64,000 bases of DNA from Candidatus Calditenuaceae archaeon HR02 (GTDB lineage: Archaea > Thermoproteota > Nitrososphaeria_A > Caldarchaeales > Calditenuaceae), in assembly GCA_002898395.1 (NCBI GenBank), contig BEHE01000003.1, positions 32,001 through 96,000 on the forward strand, read 5' to 3'. A program made the translations under genes and the position numbers. Shown in pieces: positions 1 through 8,593 of the stretch (position 1 is its first letter; every line of letters begins with the position of its first letter). Below the pieces are notes generated by a model. It was not told the origin of the DNA, did not search any database, and was given only the letters and a program-made list of their open reading frames with translations.

Positions 1-938
1 CTGACGACACGGGGTCCGCGGTATGTCAGCGCCGTGTAGATTTGGACCGTAGACGCTCCGAGTCTAAAGGCTTGCAAAGCATCCTCTGCGGTGAATATGC
101 CGCCAACAGCATTTATCTCGCAGTTGCCTCCGACAAGCCTGCCCAACTCTCTAAGCGTCTCCAGCATGTAGGGGTTTAGCGGCCTCCCACTTAATCCCCC
201 GAACCCAGTAGAGAGCCGGGCCTCACTGACTGGAAGCGTGTTAACGGCTGTAATGCTCTCAAAGCCCCGGTCAACCCAGATCTTTACAGCCCTCAGGACG
301 TGGCTCCTAAGCTCCGTCCGCGCCAGTGGCGGTATCTTAAGCGCTAGGGGACACCACTTGACGCTAGCAAGCAGCTCGACTAGGCGGCTAAACCTCTCCT
401 CAGACCATATCATAGCTGCATCCCGGAGGCTCGGCGAGCTTAGGTTTACCTCGACACCCGCGACCACCCCTCTCAGCCTCTCATAGCAGGCGACAATCTC
501 CAATGGATCTGATCCAGCGATGCTCGCAACCACCGGGACCCCTGCAAGCGGCACCCCAAGAGACAAATTTCTTGCAAATACCTCTATACCAGGGTTTGGA
601 AGGCCCATAGCGTTGACGAGTGCCTCGCCCCTCCTCCTAACTACCCTGGGCTTCTTGTTCCCTGGCCTAGGGTTTAGCGTAACAGAACCTGCCACTAGGT
701 ATCCGAACCCCAGGCCGGACAAGTGCGCTACACTCTCGCCCGTCTTGTCGAAGCCGGCTGCGAGTCCTATAGGTGGAGCGAGCCTGCCGAGCCATGTCTT
801 GAGCTGGATTCCCTCAGGAAGCTCAACCTTTCCGGGCCTGAGGAGCTTGACCAGTCTTAAACCTGCTTTATGGGCATCCTCTGGTGGAAGAAGCCTCAGG
901 AACTTGTGAGCTATACTGGGTATCACGAGCCCTGTCAC
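1..938 (-). CDS. pyrD: Dihydroorotate dehydrogenase, class 2-like (3' end runs off the window)
   Basis: My translation of the minus strand gives LLPPEDAH...PIGLAAGFDK...GSVTLNPRPGN...NAMGLPNPG...GGLSG...GASTVQIYTAL. The start is GTG 938 or GTG 926. Not in the ORF track because it is truncated. Confidence 0.9.
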   Translation of the reverse strand, partial: MTGLVIPSIAHKFLRLLPPEDAHKAGLRLVKLLRPGKVELPEGIQLKTWLGRLAPPIGLAAGFDKTGESVAHLSGLGFGYLVAGSVTLNPRPGNKKPRVVRRRGEALVNAMGLPNPGIEVFARNLSLGVPLAGVPVVASIAGSDPLEIVACYERLRGVVAGVEVNLSSPSLRDAAMIWSEERFSRLVELLASVKWCPLALKIPPLARTELRSHVLRAVKIWVDRGFESITAVNTLPVSEARLSTGFGGLSGRPLNPYMLETLRELGRLVGGNCEINAVGGIFTAEDALQAFRLGASTVQIYTALTYRGPRVV

Positions 939-963
939 GCCGGAGGGTATTGTTATGCCGCGC

Positions 964-1419
964 CTATTTATTTGGGGATTGCGCGTGGAGCTCAGCCGGG
1001 CTGTCAGCCGAGGCTATTATCCTTCCACTCCAAGGACAGTATCGGCCAACGGTGTCTATCCAGTAGTCGAGCTCACTCTCCACATAGCTCGGAAGACCGT
1101 CACACAGCTCTATCGAAAACTCAGCCATCCTGACTGTGTCGGGTCGGAGATGCCAGCTCCAAGGCTTGTTAAAGCCACCATCCCCCCGCTCAAGCTCACC
1201 GGTTGGAAAGAGATTATTCAACCCCCTTAAATTATCCTCAGCCAGCCTTATCGTCTCCTCGTCCGTCACATATATGATGAATCGCTCACCTGATACATCG
1301 ACCAGAAAATACCTGCCACCACTCCCCCTTCCCCCTACTAGTAGGGGATAAAATAGTAGTAATGCTGCAACAGAAACAGCTAAGAGAGTGATAAGAAGAA
1401 TTAGAGAGGTTCGACGCAA
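964..1419 (-). CDS. Secreted or membrane-anchored BP74-like protein
   Basis: N-terminal hydrophobic helix; motif GFNKPWSWHL...IELCDGLPSYVE...YCPW resembles the BP74 N-terminal family. Confidence 0.65.
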   Translation of the reverse strand: MRRTSLILLITLLAVSVAALLLFYPLLVGGRGSGGRYFLVDVSGERFIIYVTDEETIRLAEDNLRGLNNLFPTGELERGDGGFNKPWSWHLRPDTVRMAEFSIELCDGLPSYVESELDYWIDTVGRYCPWSGRIIASADSPAELHAQSPNK

Positions 1420-1470
1420 AACCTACACCTACAAATTCTTGGATCAATATTAATTTATTATTATGCGATT

Positions 1471-1734
1471 TCAGTACACTCTATCCCACTCCTTCACTGT
1501 ACACCTTCGGAGCCCAAACTTTACATATGGGTCAGACTCCGCTAACGATCTAGCCTCCTCAATGTTCTTAGCCTCCAGTATGTAGAGTCCTCCGCTACCG
1601 TCTTTAAAGCGTCCTGATGCGAAGAGAATTCCGCGGGCCTTGAGGGATGCGAGATGGTCGAGGTGAGACCGCCTCTGGTTCTGTGTGGGCTCCACCCCAG
1701 CTATGGTCTCAAGTAGGACAACGAAGTATGGCAT
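1471..1734 (-). CDS. YciI family protein
   Basis: 87 aa with RRSHLDHL...SGRF...GGLYILEA...AESDPY. Confidence 0.85.
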   Translation of the reverse strand: MPYFVVLLETIAGVEPTQNQRRSHLDHLASLKARGILFASGRFKDGSGGLYILEAKNIEEARSLAESDPYVKFGLRRCTVKEWDRVY

Positions 1735-1795
1735 TATCTCTGCCTCACCGATTGGTTGAGAGGGCTTAATTTAAATGCTATTTCGTAGATTAAGG

Positions 1796-2314
1796 TTAGA
1801 GCTCCATGAAAATAGTTATCGAGTCACCTGTCTTGGAATAAATTTTGAGGGGGCCTGTCTTTGATCCATCCATCCCTGGAGACCCCTGCGGCATTCCTGG
1901 GAGTGCGATGCCATCTACATCAGGCCGCTCCACTAGGAGATTCGAAATGGCCTCCAGCGGGACGTGCCCCTCGACGAAATAGCCATCCAAGACCGACGTG
2001 TGGCAGCTAAACAGCTGACTCGGTATCCCAAGCTTCTTCCTCATATCCAGCAGTCCCTGAGGATCCATCATCACTGTCTGCACCTGGACCCCCCTACTCT
2101 TCAAATAGCCTTCATATTTCCCACAACAGTCACAGAGAGAGGTTCTATACAGTTTCACCACAGGGTAAGCTATGCTCGTAAAGGTCGGTTTCTCACTGTT
2201 GGTGGAGCCCTGATTTAGGACGACCACAAGAGCTAATAATATTGTTATCACACTGGCCACGATGGAGTACAGCAGTATGTTACTCTTTTTATTGCCTTTT
2301 CTTTTTCTCACCAT
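1796..2314 (-). CDS. DUF411 (CopG-like) metal-binding protein, membrane anchored
   Basis: CDCC, SCHT, VEGHVP and GIALPGMPQGSPGM motifs; N-terminal TM helix. Confidence 0.9.
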   Translation of the reverse strand: MVRKRKGNKKSNILLYSIVASVITILLALVVVLNQGSTNSEKPTFTSIAYPVVKLYRTSLCDCCGKYEGYLKSRGVQVQTVMMDPQGLLDMRKKLGIPSQLFSCHTSVLDGYFVEGHVPLEAISNLLVERPDVDGIALPGMPQGSPGMDGSKTGPLKIYSKTGDSITIFMEL

Positions 2315-2317
2315 GTT

Positions 2318-2713
2318 TCACTCACCCTTTTCAGCCGTTGCAGCCTTCCAAGTTAGTGCAAGAATTCCTCCGACTATCCCTAGAAGAGACCCTACAATGA
2401 AGCCGCCGAACCCTAAAAGCCCGACTAGTGAGAACACGAGTATAACGGCTCCCCATGGTTGAGCTAGTTTAGGGTCGCTGAAGATAGCTAAGGCTCCAAT
2501 TATAATCACTGCCCCTGAGGCTATGCCTATAATCGCGGGAATCCACCACATCCAAGGCATCCACCACATCATCATTGGCATCATCATACCGCGCCATCCG
2601 CCCCAAGCTGGATAATATGACCAGGATAGAGCGATGGCGCCTCCTACTAGGAGCAACACTCCGGCGGCTAGAGAAAGTACGAAGGCGCCTAGCGGCTTAT
2701 CCCCCTGGCTCAA
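2318..2713 (-). CDS. Small membrane protein with a Met/Trp-rich loop
   Basis: 3-4 hydrophobic helices; loop WGGWRGMMMPMMMWWMPWMWW. Confidence 0.75.
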   Translation of the reverse strand: MSQGDKPLGAFVLSLAAGVLLLVGGAIALSWSYYPAWGGWRGMMMPMMMWWMPWMWWIPAIIGIASGAVIIIGALAIFSDPKLAQPWGAVILVFSLVGLLGFGGFIVGSLLGIVGGILALTWKAATAEKGE

Positions 2714-3426
2714 TGCCCCTCACCAAGTTCCAACTCCCTGATAAACTCGCCATGCCATGAGTGATACCATATATCCCCCGTATAGCCGTTAACGCTGAGC
2801 ATTCCATGCACCTCGCCGTTTAGCTTATAGTCCATGGTGTAGTAGCCGTAAAACCTTGTAGGCTCCAATACTTCTACTATTCCACTACCGTATCTTCGGG
2901 ATAGGTAGTCTAGGGCTAGCCTCATAGCCTCATCTGAGCTAATAGGCATGTCAGCTGAAGGCTCTGTACTTTGCCCCATCATCGCATAATGCATCCCGTA
3001 CTTCCTATTCCACATCATGTTCGGCCCGGGCTCGGGAGAAACAACGCTTGTATACGGGTCGACAAGCAGTTCAAATGCACCGAGACTAGTATCACTCTCA
3101 ATAACAATGGCGTAGAAGTTATTCTCAAACTCCATTATCTCTTGTATTCTAGGTCCTGGACCGAACCTGGTTGAAATATAGTCCTCGACTAGCTCGAGCG
3201 CCCGTTCTATACCTATTCTAGCCCCTCCTGCGGATGGTGTTTGACCCCACATCCATGGGCACCCTCCCATCATCCAGCCACCTATGCCGTAATTAGGAGG
3301 CGCCACGTTCTGCGGATAGGTTGTTATTGGCCCCCTCCTCCAGAAATCATATACGGCTACGGCGCTACCAGCCACCACTACTGATACGGCGACTAGAGCT
3401 ACAGTGATTAAACCCGGCCTCACCAT
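2710..3426 (-). CDS. Exported PepSY-like repeat protein with Met/Gly-rich linkers
   Basis: Signal helix; two repeats ending ELLVDPYT and MLSVNGYTG; linkers GGWMMGG and MMWNRKYGMHYAMMG. Confidence 0.7.
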   Translation of the reverse strand: MVRPGLITVALVAVSVVVAGSAVAVYDFWRRGPITTYPQNVAPPNYGIGGWMMGGCPWMWGQTPSAGGARIGIERALELVEDYISTRFGPGPRIQEIMEFENNFYAIVIESDTSLGAFELLVDPYTSVVSPEPGPNMMWNRKYGMHYAMMGQSTEPSADMPISSDEAMRLALDYLSRRYGSGIVEVLEPTRFYGYYTMDYKLNGEVHGMLSVNGYTGDIWYHSWHGEFIRELELGEGH

Positions 3427-3477
3427 GCCTCAACACCTACCACATATGAGTTGGCAGGGGTGGGAAAAAGGATATCC

Positions 3478-3502
3478 TGAAACGGTCTTGAAACGTTGAA
3501 AC
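3478..3502. promoter_or_regulatory. Three TGAAAC direct repeats in a divergent intergenic region (candidate operator)
   Basis: TGAAAC at 3478, 3489 and 3497. Confidence 0.45.
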
Positions 3503-3571
3503 CCTTATTAGGTGATTGGCCGTGTCGGCATGGAATGCTTAAATAGGCTGTAGTTAGAATCTAGAGCCGTA

Positions 3572-4063
3572 TTGGCTATCAGCCGTCACGGCAAGGTTCT
3601 AGCCCTCTTGATGGCCACCTCTGGTGTATCCCTACTCCTCATCACACTCTTCAGCATCTGGCAGCATAACAATATTATGAGCGAGGTTATGGGGGATATA
3701 ATCAACATGCCAATACACGAGTCAATGTTGTTCTGGATGAGCGTTCCACTTGTTGCGGCGTCTCTCATGCTTATCATAGCCGCAATCGCCATCTCTCTAG
3801 TCCAGCAGAAGAAGAGGGTAGATAGTGGTGTTGTAGGGCTAAACGATAGAGAGAGCATGGTTGTCGGGTATCTGATAGAGCGTGGAGGGGTAGCTGAGCA
3901 GCGGGAGATAGCAAAGGGGCTCGGGCTTACTCGTCTCCAAACCCACAGAATAGTCTCATCACTCAGGAATAGGAATATCGTAGACGTGGAACGCTATGGC
4001 AGAACTAATATGGTGAGGCTTAAAGCCGACAAGGTGAAGCAGCTAGGCCAGCGATCTACCTAG
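3572..4063 (+). CDS. Membrane-anchored winged-HTH transcriptional regulator
   Basis: Two TM helices with a His/Met-rich loop; C-terminal LNDRESMVV...EQREIAKGLGLTRLQTHRIVSSLRNRNIV..GRTN. Confidence 0.8.
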   Translation: MAISRHGKVLALLMATSGVSLLLITLFSIWQHNNIMSEVMGDIINMPIHESMLFWMSVPLVAASLMLIIAAIAISLVQQKKRVDSGVVGLNDRESMVVGYLIERGGVAEQREIAKGLGLTRLQTHRIVSSLRNRNIVDVERYGRTNMVRLKADKVKQLGQRST

Positions 4064-4068
4064 TTTGA

Positions 4069-5235
4069 TCATTTGGACCTGGCCCGCTCAACGAAGGCGG
4101 CAATCCTCTCGGCCGCCTCCACAAGCTTCTCAGGGCTAGCCGAGAGAGTTATCCTGAAATGCCCTTCACCACCCTTGCCAAACGCCTTCCCAGGAATAGT
4201 AACCACCCCTGCCTCTTTTGCAAGCCTGTTACAAAAGGTTTCCGAGTCTAGGGGAAGTGGTATCCTGGGAAACAGATAGATGCCACCTCTGGGAAGGTGC
4301 GCAGATACTCCATGGGAGTTTAACTCCCTGTGTAGAACATCTCGCCTCCTCCAGTACTCCGAGACTTTTTCATTTATCATCTTATCCACCTCGCTGGATT
4401 TGAGGGCGTATAATGCGACGTATTGTGCGACGCTAGGCGCGCAGGCATTAATGTATGCTTGAAGCCTGATGACACGGGTCTTTAAGTGCGGGGGTGCTAT
4501 CATGTATCCCAGCCTCCACCCCGTCATCGCAAGGGTCTTCGAGAAACTGTTGATAACAACAATCCTATCGTATTCTCCCCAATACTTCGCAGCGCTGGTG
4601 TATTCTACACCGTACACAAATCTCTCGTAAACCTCATCAGATATCAGATAGGTCCCCCTCTCCCTGCACAGTTCCACCACCTCCGAGAAGGCCCGCTCAT
4701 CAATCACAGTACCTGTAGGGTTTGTAGGACTGTTGAGTATCACCGCAACCCCCTTCTCACCCAGTGTTGACTTGACTCCCCCCACATCAAGCTGGAAGTC
4801 GCTCTCTGGGAGCGGCTCCACCTCAACTACCCTACCCCCCAAAATCTGTGTTAGGGCCTTGAACGAGGGGAAGGAAGGGGTGGGGATAACCACCCAGTCC
4901 CCCGGCCGGATTATCGAGGCTAACGACATGAAGAGTGCGCTTGAGGCGCCTGGCGTCACTACTACGTTGTCAGGATCTATGTCAACACCCCACCTCCTGC
5001 TGTAAGCCCCGGCTATCGCCTCTCTCAGCTCAACTATTCCAGCTGTCATAGTGTACTTGTTCAACCCCCGCCTAATTACGCGCTCAGCCTCCTCCTTAAG
5101 CGGCTCAAACATGTCGAAGTCCGGCTCGCCAATGCCCAAGTTTATCATGTTTCCAGCGTTGCCTATATTGTCAAAATATTTTATGACCCATGAGTCGTCG
5201 CCATCACCGTGCTGCATTTCCTTACCCAATTTCAC
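4069..5235 (-). CDS. PLP-dependent aminotransferase class I/II
   Basis: LGIGEPDF, NSPTNPTG, SDEVY and SFSKTLAMTGWRLGY. Confidence 0.95.
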   Translation of the reverse strand: MKLGKEMQHGDGDDSWVIKYFDNIGNAGNMINLGIGEPDFDMFEPLKEEAERVIRRGLNKYTMTAGIVELREAIAGAYSRRWGVDIDPDNVVVTPGASSALFMSLASIIRPGDWVVIPTPSFPSFKALTQILGGRVVEVEPLPESDFQLDVGGVKSTLGEKGVAVILNSPTNPTGTVIDERAFSEVVELCRERGTYLISDEVYERFVYGVEYTSAAKYWGEYDRIVVINSFSKTLAMTGWRLGYMIAPPHLKTRVIRLQAYINACAPSVAQYVALYALKSSEVDKMINEKVSEYWRRRDVLHRELNSHGVSAHLPRGGIYLFPRIPLPLDSETFCNRLAKEAGVVTIPGKAFGKGGEGHFRITLSASPEKLVEAAERIAAFVERARSK

Positions 5236-5323
5236 CAGATATGTGCTCTAACGCCTCTCTATTACTTTTCACCACCCGGGCAAGTGGGGCATCATGACTT
5301 ATTAGCGACATATTCCCATGTAG

Positions 5324-6154
5324 TTGGTGGAGTTGGTCTTGAAGGTCGCCGTGCTCCAGCTAGCCTTAAGGGAGGATCAGGAGGAGAGGCTCAAAGAGGT
5401 GGAAGCGTTAATCAAACTCCTTCACAATCGCGAACCAGACATATTCTTATTGCCGGAAGCGTGGATTAGTCCCGACCCCCTAAACAATCTGGGAAGAGCT
5501 GTGGCTGAGAGCAATGTGGCGATAGAGAGGCTGCAAAAACTTGCGGAAGAGCATGGAGCCGCCATACTTGGCGGTGGCCTATACCTCGCCAGGGAGGAGA
5601 AGGTTCATGTCGCCTGCCCAATAATCAGCAGTAACGGAGAGGTTATCGGATTTCAAGAAAAGATACACCTGTATAGGCGCGAGAACGGCATAATCCAGAG
5701 AGGCGAGGCCTTCAAAACATTTATGGTCAAAGGGGTGAAGATAGGAGTAGTAATCTGCCACGACCTCGTCTACCCCGAGGCTGTTAGGACGCTCACCCTA
5801 GCCGATGCCCAGATCATATTCAACCCTGCAAGAATACCATCCCACGGAAAAGAAGCATGGCACCTCTACCTTAAAGTCAGGAGCCTCGAGAACCGGATAC
5901 CACTCTACGCAGCAAACCTCTGGTCACCGCCGAAATATTCGGGCGGCTCCTGCTCAGTCAAGCCAATCCACTACGGCGATGAGATATATCTCCCAGAGCT
6001 AATAGAGGCTAGACCGGGTGTATCCGCCGTTATGGATGAAGTGGACGAGAAGGCGTTGGGTGAAGCGAGGCGTAAGAGACTGGGTGGAAGAATACCGCAT
6101 GCCTACTACGCGCCAAGTGGCGGAACGATTATTGGTATTGGTGATGGATACTGA
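5324..6154 (+). CDS. Carbon-nitrogen hydrolase (nitrilase/omega-amidase family)
   Basis: E-K-C triad: LLPE, QEKIHL, ICHDL; also RSLEN. Confidence 0.9.
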   Translation: MVELVLKVAVLQLALREDQEERLKEVEALIKLLHNREPDIFLLPEAWISPDPLNNLGRAVAESNVAIERLQKLAEEHGAAILGGGLYLAREEKVHVACPIISSNGEVIGFQEKIHLYRRENGIIQRGEAFKTFMVKGVKIGVVICHDLVYPEAVRTLTLADAQIIFNPARIPSHGKEAWHLYLKVRSLENRIPLYAANLWSPPKYSGGSCSVKPIHYGDEIYLPELIEARPGVSAVMDEVDEKALGEARRKRLGGRIPHAYYAPSGGTIIGIGDGY

Positions 6155-6981
6155 GCGAGGGTGAGGGGAGGCTATATAGGAAGCTAAGCCGGGCAGAAGC
6201 CCTAGCAGACATAAAGAATAGAATGCTGGAGAAGGACCGCTCACTGGACTCTTCCGCCTTCGAGGAGGTCTTTGACCGGGTCACACTCCAGTCACTATAC
6301 GAGTTGATAAGGCGTGGCGTCTTCGAAGATTTTTACGGAGTTGTCAGCGCAGGTAAGGAGTCGAGAATATATTATGCACGGAGTAGGGATAGTGCAGAGC
6401 TAGCGGTCAAGATTTACCTGGTAAACAACACCGAGTTCCGAAGAACGCGGATGATATACGTGGCTGGTGATCACGACTTCGAGAAACCGGGGCTTGGTCT
6501 GAGGAAATTCATAGATGCTTGGGCTAAGCGAGAATTTAGGAACTTGAAAACAGCTTTCGAAGCAGATATTCCTGTCCCAAAGCCCTACACTGTCCATAGA
6601 AACATTCTTGTTATGTCTTTTCTGGGCTCGGATGGCGTTCGATACCCCCTGCTCCGCGAGACCAGATACAGTGTTGAGGAGTACTCCCAAATCTATGAAA
6701 GAGTCATCGACTACATCTTCAAACTCTACAGAAACGCTCGGCTGGTTCATAGCGACTTAAGCGAGTTTAACATCATGGCCCCCGACCCAAATACCGTCTA
6801 CTTCATAGACCTCTCACAGGCCGTCCCACTAACAAACACATACGCTCATATCCTCCTCATGAGGGACTTGAGAAACGTAAATCGCTTCTTCTCCAGCATG
6901 GGTGCCGAAACCTGGGAGGAAGACTCCCTATTCAGAGAGTTGACGGGCGAAGAGCCGCCATCAGGGCTTACACCTATATAA
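6151..6981 (+). CDS. rio1: RIO1 serine/threonine kinase (start probably CTG 6151; first ATG 6223)
   Basis: SAGKES, AVKIY, LVHSDLSEFNI and FIDLSQAV; the frame is open back to 6151. Confidence 0.9.
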   Translation: MSEGEGRLYRKLSRAEALADIKNRMLEKDRSLDSSAFEEVFDRVTLQSLYELIRRGVFEDFYGVVSAGKESRIYYARSRDSAELAVKIYLVNNTEFRRTRMIYVAGDHDFEKPGLGLRKFIDAWAKREFRNLKTAFEADIPVPKPYTVHRNILVMSFLGSDGVRYPLLRETRYSVEEYSQIYERVIDYIFKLYRNARLVHSDLSEFNIMAPDPNTVYFIDLSQAVPLTNTYAHILLMRDLRNVNRFFSSMGAETWEEDSLFRELTGEEPPSGLTPI

Positions 6982-7005
6982 GGAAAACAACTTATCTTCA
7001 GTAGC

Positions 7006-7410
7006 ATGACGCAGTGGCACACGGACTCTCATAAGCGTAAAAGGAGCGGCGGCAAGAAGGGGGTACATCGGAAGAAGAGGAGGTATGAGAGGGGAAGAGA
7101 CATGATATTCTGCACTATTGGGGAGCCAGAGAGGATAAGCATCAGGACTCGAGGTGGCGGAATTAAACAGATACTGAAATCCGATAGGCTTGCTAACGTC
7201 TACGACCCCACTAGCAGGAGAATTATCAGAACAGAGATACTTGGTGTGAGATCCAACCCGGCGAACAGTGATTTTGAGAGGAGGGGTGTGATAACGAGGG
7301 GAGCGATAATAGAGACCAAGCTTGGAGATGCCAGAGTTACATCAAAACCGGGCTCTGATGGTGTGATAAACGCTGTTTTGATAAAGACTGTCTCAACCAG
7401 TCCAGCATGA
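7006..7410 (+). CDS. rps8e: 30S ribosomal protein S8e
   Basis: HKRKRSGG...KKRRYERGR...RTRGG...ARVTSKPGSDGVINAVLI. Confidence 0.97.
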   Translation: MTQWHTDSHKRKRSGGKKGVHRKKRRYERGRDMIFCTIGEPERISIRTRGGGIKQILKSDRLANVYDPTSRRIIRTEILGVRSNPANSDFERRGVITRGAIIETKLGDARVTSKPGSDGVINAVLIKTVSTSPA

Positions 7411-7691
7411 TACGGAGAGAGGGCTACATCATATGGACTATGTATTTCGACGCAGCCCTGAGCAGGTCTAAGGGCAGGCGAGTACCTTTAAAGCTAGCAG
7501 TCAAGAACCCCACACAAGAAATCCTAGTCAGATCGCTGCAAAGGCTGGGGTGGCAGTACGAGACTCTAGATAAAAGCCATCCAGCAGCGTGGTGGAGGAA
7601 AAAAGCCTCAATCCTGGTTAAGCCGCCTAAAAAAATTAAGAAGACTGAAGCCATAAGACTGATTGCGCAGCATATATGGGATAAGCGTTGA
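7407..7691 (+). CDS. srp19: Signal recognition particle protein SRP19
   Basis: IIWTMYFDAALSRSKGRRVP..AVKNPT...KSHP. Confidence 0.92.
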   Translation: MIRREGYIIWTMYFDAALSRSKGRRVPLKLAVKNPTQEILVRSLQRLGWQYETLDKSHPAAWWRKKASILVKPPKKIKKTEAIRLIAQHIWDKR

Positions 7692-7969
7692 ATCAGGAGG
7701 GGCTGGTACCCCTTGGAGAGGTTTTCAGAATATTCCGGGGAAGTGTCCTCTTAAAGGGTAGTGTTGTGCCGAGGCTAGGTGAAACAGTATATACCACCGA
7801 CGGCGAAGTCATAGGCTATGTCTCAGACATATTCGGCAAAATAAGCGGCTTCTATATTCTTGTAAGGCTAACCAGCGAGAAGATAGAGGTCGAGATAGGC
7901 GAGAAGCTCTATCTTCAAGGCAAGACAGGCCCTGTAAGCCCCTCAGGGAAAGCTAAGCCGCAGTTGTAA
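7688..7969 (+). CDS. gar1: H/ACA RNP subunit Gar1-like
   Basis: PRLGETVY...IGYVSDIFG...YILV; lies after srp19. Confidence 0.75.
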   Translation: MNQEGLVPLGEVFRIFRGSVLLKGSVVPRLGETVYTTDGEVIGYVSDIFGKISGFYILVRLTSEKIEVEIGEKLYLQGKTGPVSPSGKAKPQL

Positions 7970-8399
7970 TTTTTCTAAGATTGTTGACAAGCTCCTTTAC
8001 CTTGGACTTGGCTACGTCCTGAATAATCCTTGCGCCTAGGCTTGCCGCGGCACCTCCTACAGTCACATCAGAGACCCATCTCACTTCAGAGAGTCTCTCC
8101 CCCTTTTCGACGATTTCTAAGTCTATTTTCAAATCGATTGTCGACTGCATGCCCGACCCCCTCCCCGCAAGGGTTACGTGGCTTGGCTCCCTCAAATCAA
8201 TGTATGTGAAGTCCATCTTTATGGTGCCGCTTAAAACTCCAAGCTTCACCTTAAACTCAGCCTCAAACCCCCGGTCTGACTTAATGTCTAGTTTTTTTAG
8301 ATCGGGTATTGCCTTACTGATCTGCTTCGGGTTCGTTACCAGCTGCCAGACTTTCTGAGCTGGAAGAGGAGTCTCAAAAGACCCTTCTAGCCTCATCAC
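7953..8399 (-). CDS. coxG: CoxG / SRPBCC family protein
   Basis: KVWQLVTNPKQISKAIP...VGGAAASLGARII; next to coxD/coxE. Confidence 0.85.
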   Translation of the reverse strand: MMRLEGSFETPLPAQKVWQLVTNPKQISKAIPDLKKLDIKSDRGFEAEFKVKLGVLSGTIKMDFTYIDLREPSHVTLAGRGSGMQSTIDLKIDLEIVEKGERLSEVRWVSDVTVGGAAASLGARIIQDVAKSKVKELVNNLRKITTAA

Positions 8400-8409
8400 G
8401 ACCTAATGC

Positions 8410-8517
8410 TTCTGCCCCATAAATAAACCATGCCTGTTAACTTGGAATTACTTGACTCCGAACACCCAAACTAGCTTCCTAAGCATGCCCTTCACCATCT
8501 CTTTCTGCCCCATAAAT
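8410..8517. repeat. 15-bp direct repeat TTCTGCCCCATAAAT, two copies
   Basis: Identical copies at 8410-8424 and 8503-8517. Confidence 0.85.
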
Positions 8518-8593
8518 CTACCGAGAATATAAGATGAGGGAAAAGTTTTATTAATTCAGTCAACAAGAAAGATTTGGATGGTGTATCAATAGG

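Noticed and set aside
238-1351. Several plus-strand ORFs at the window start
   Set aside because: Antisense shadows of pyrD and the BP74-like gene.
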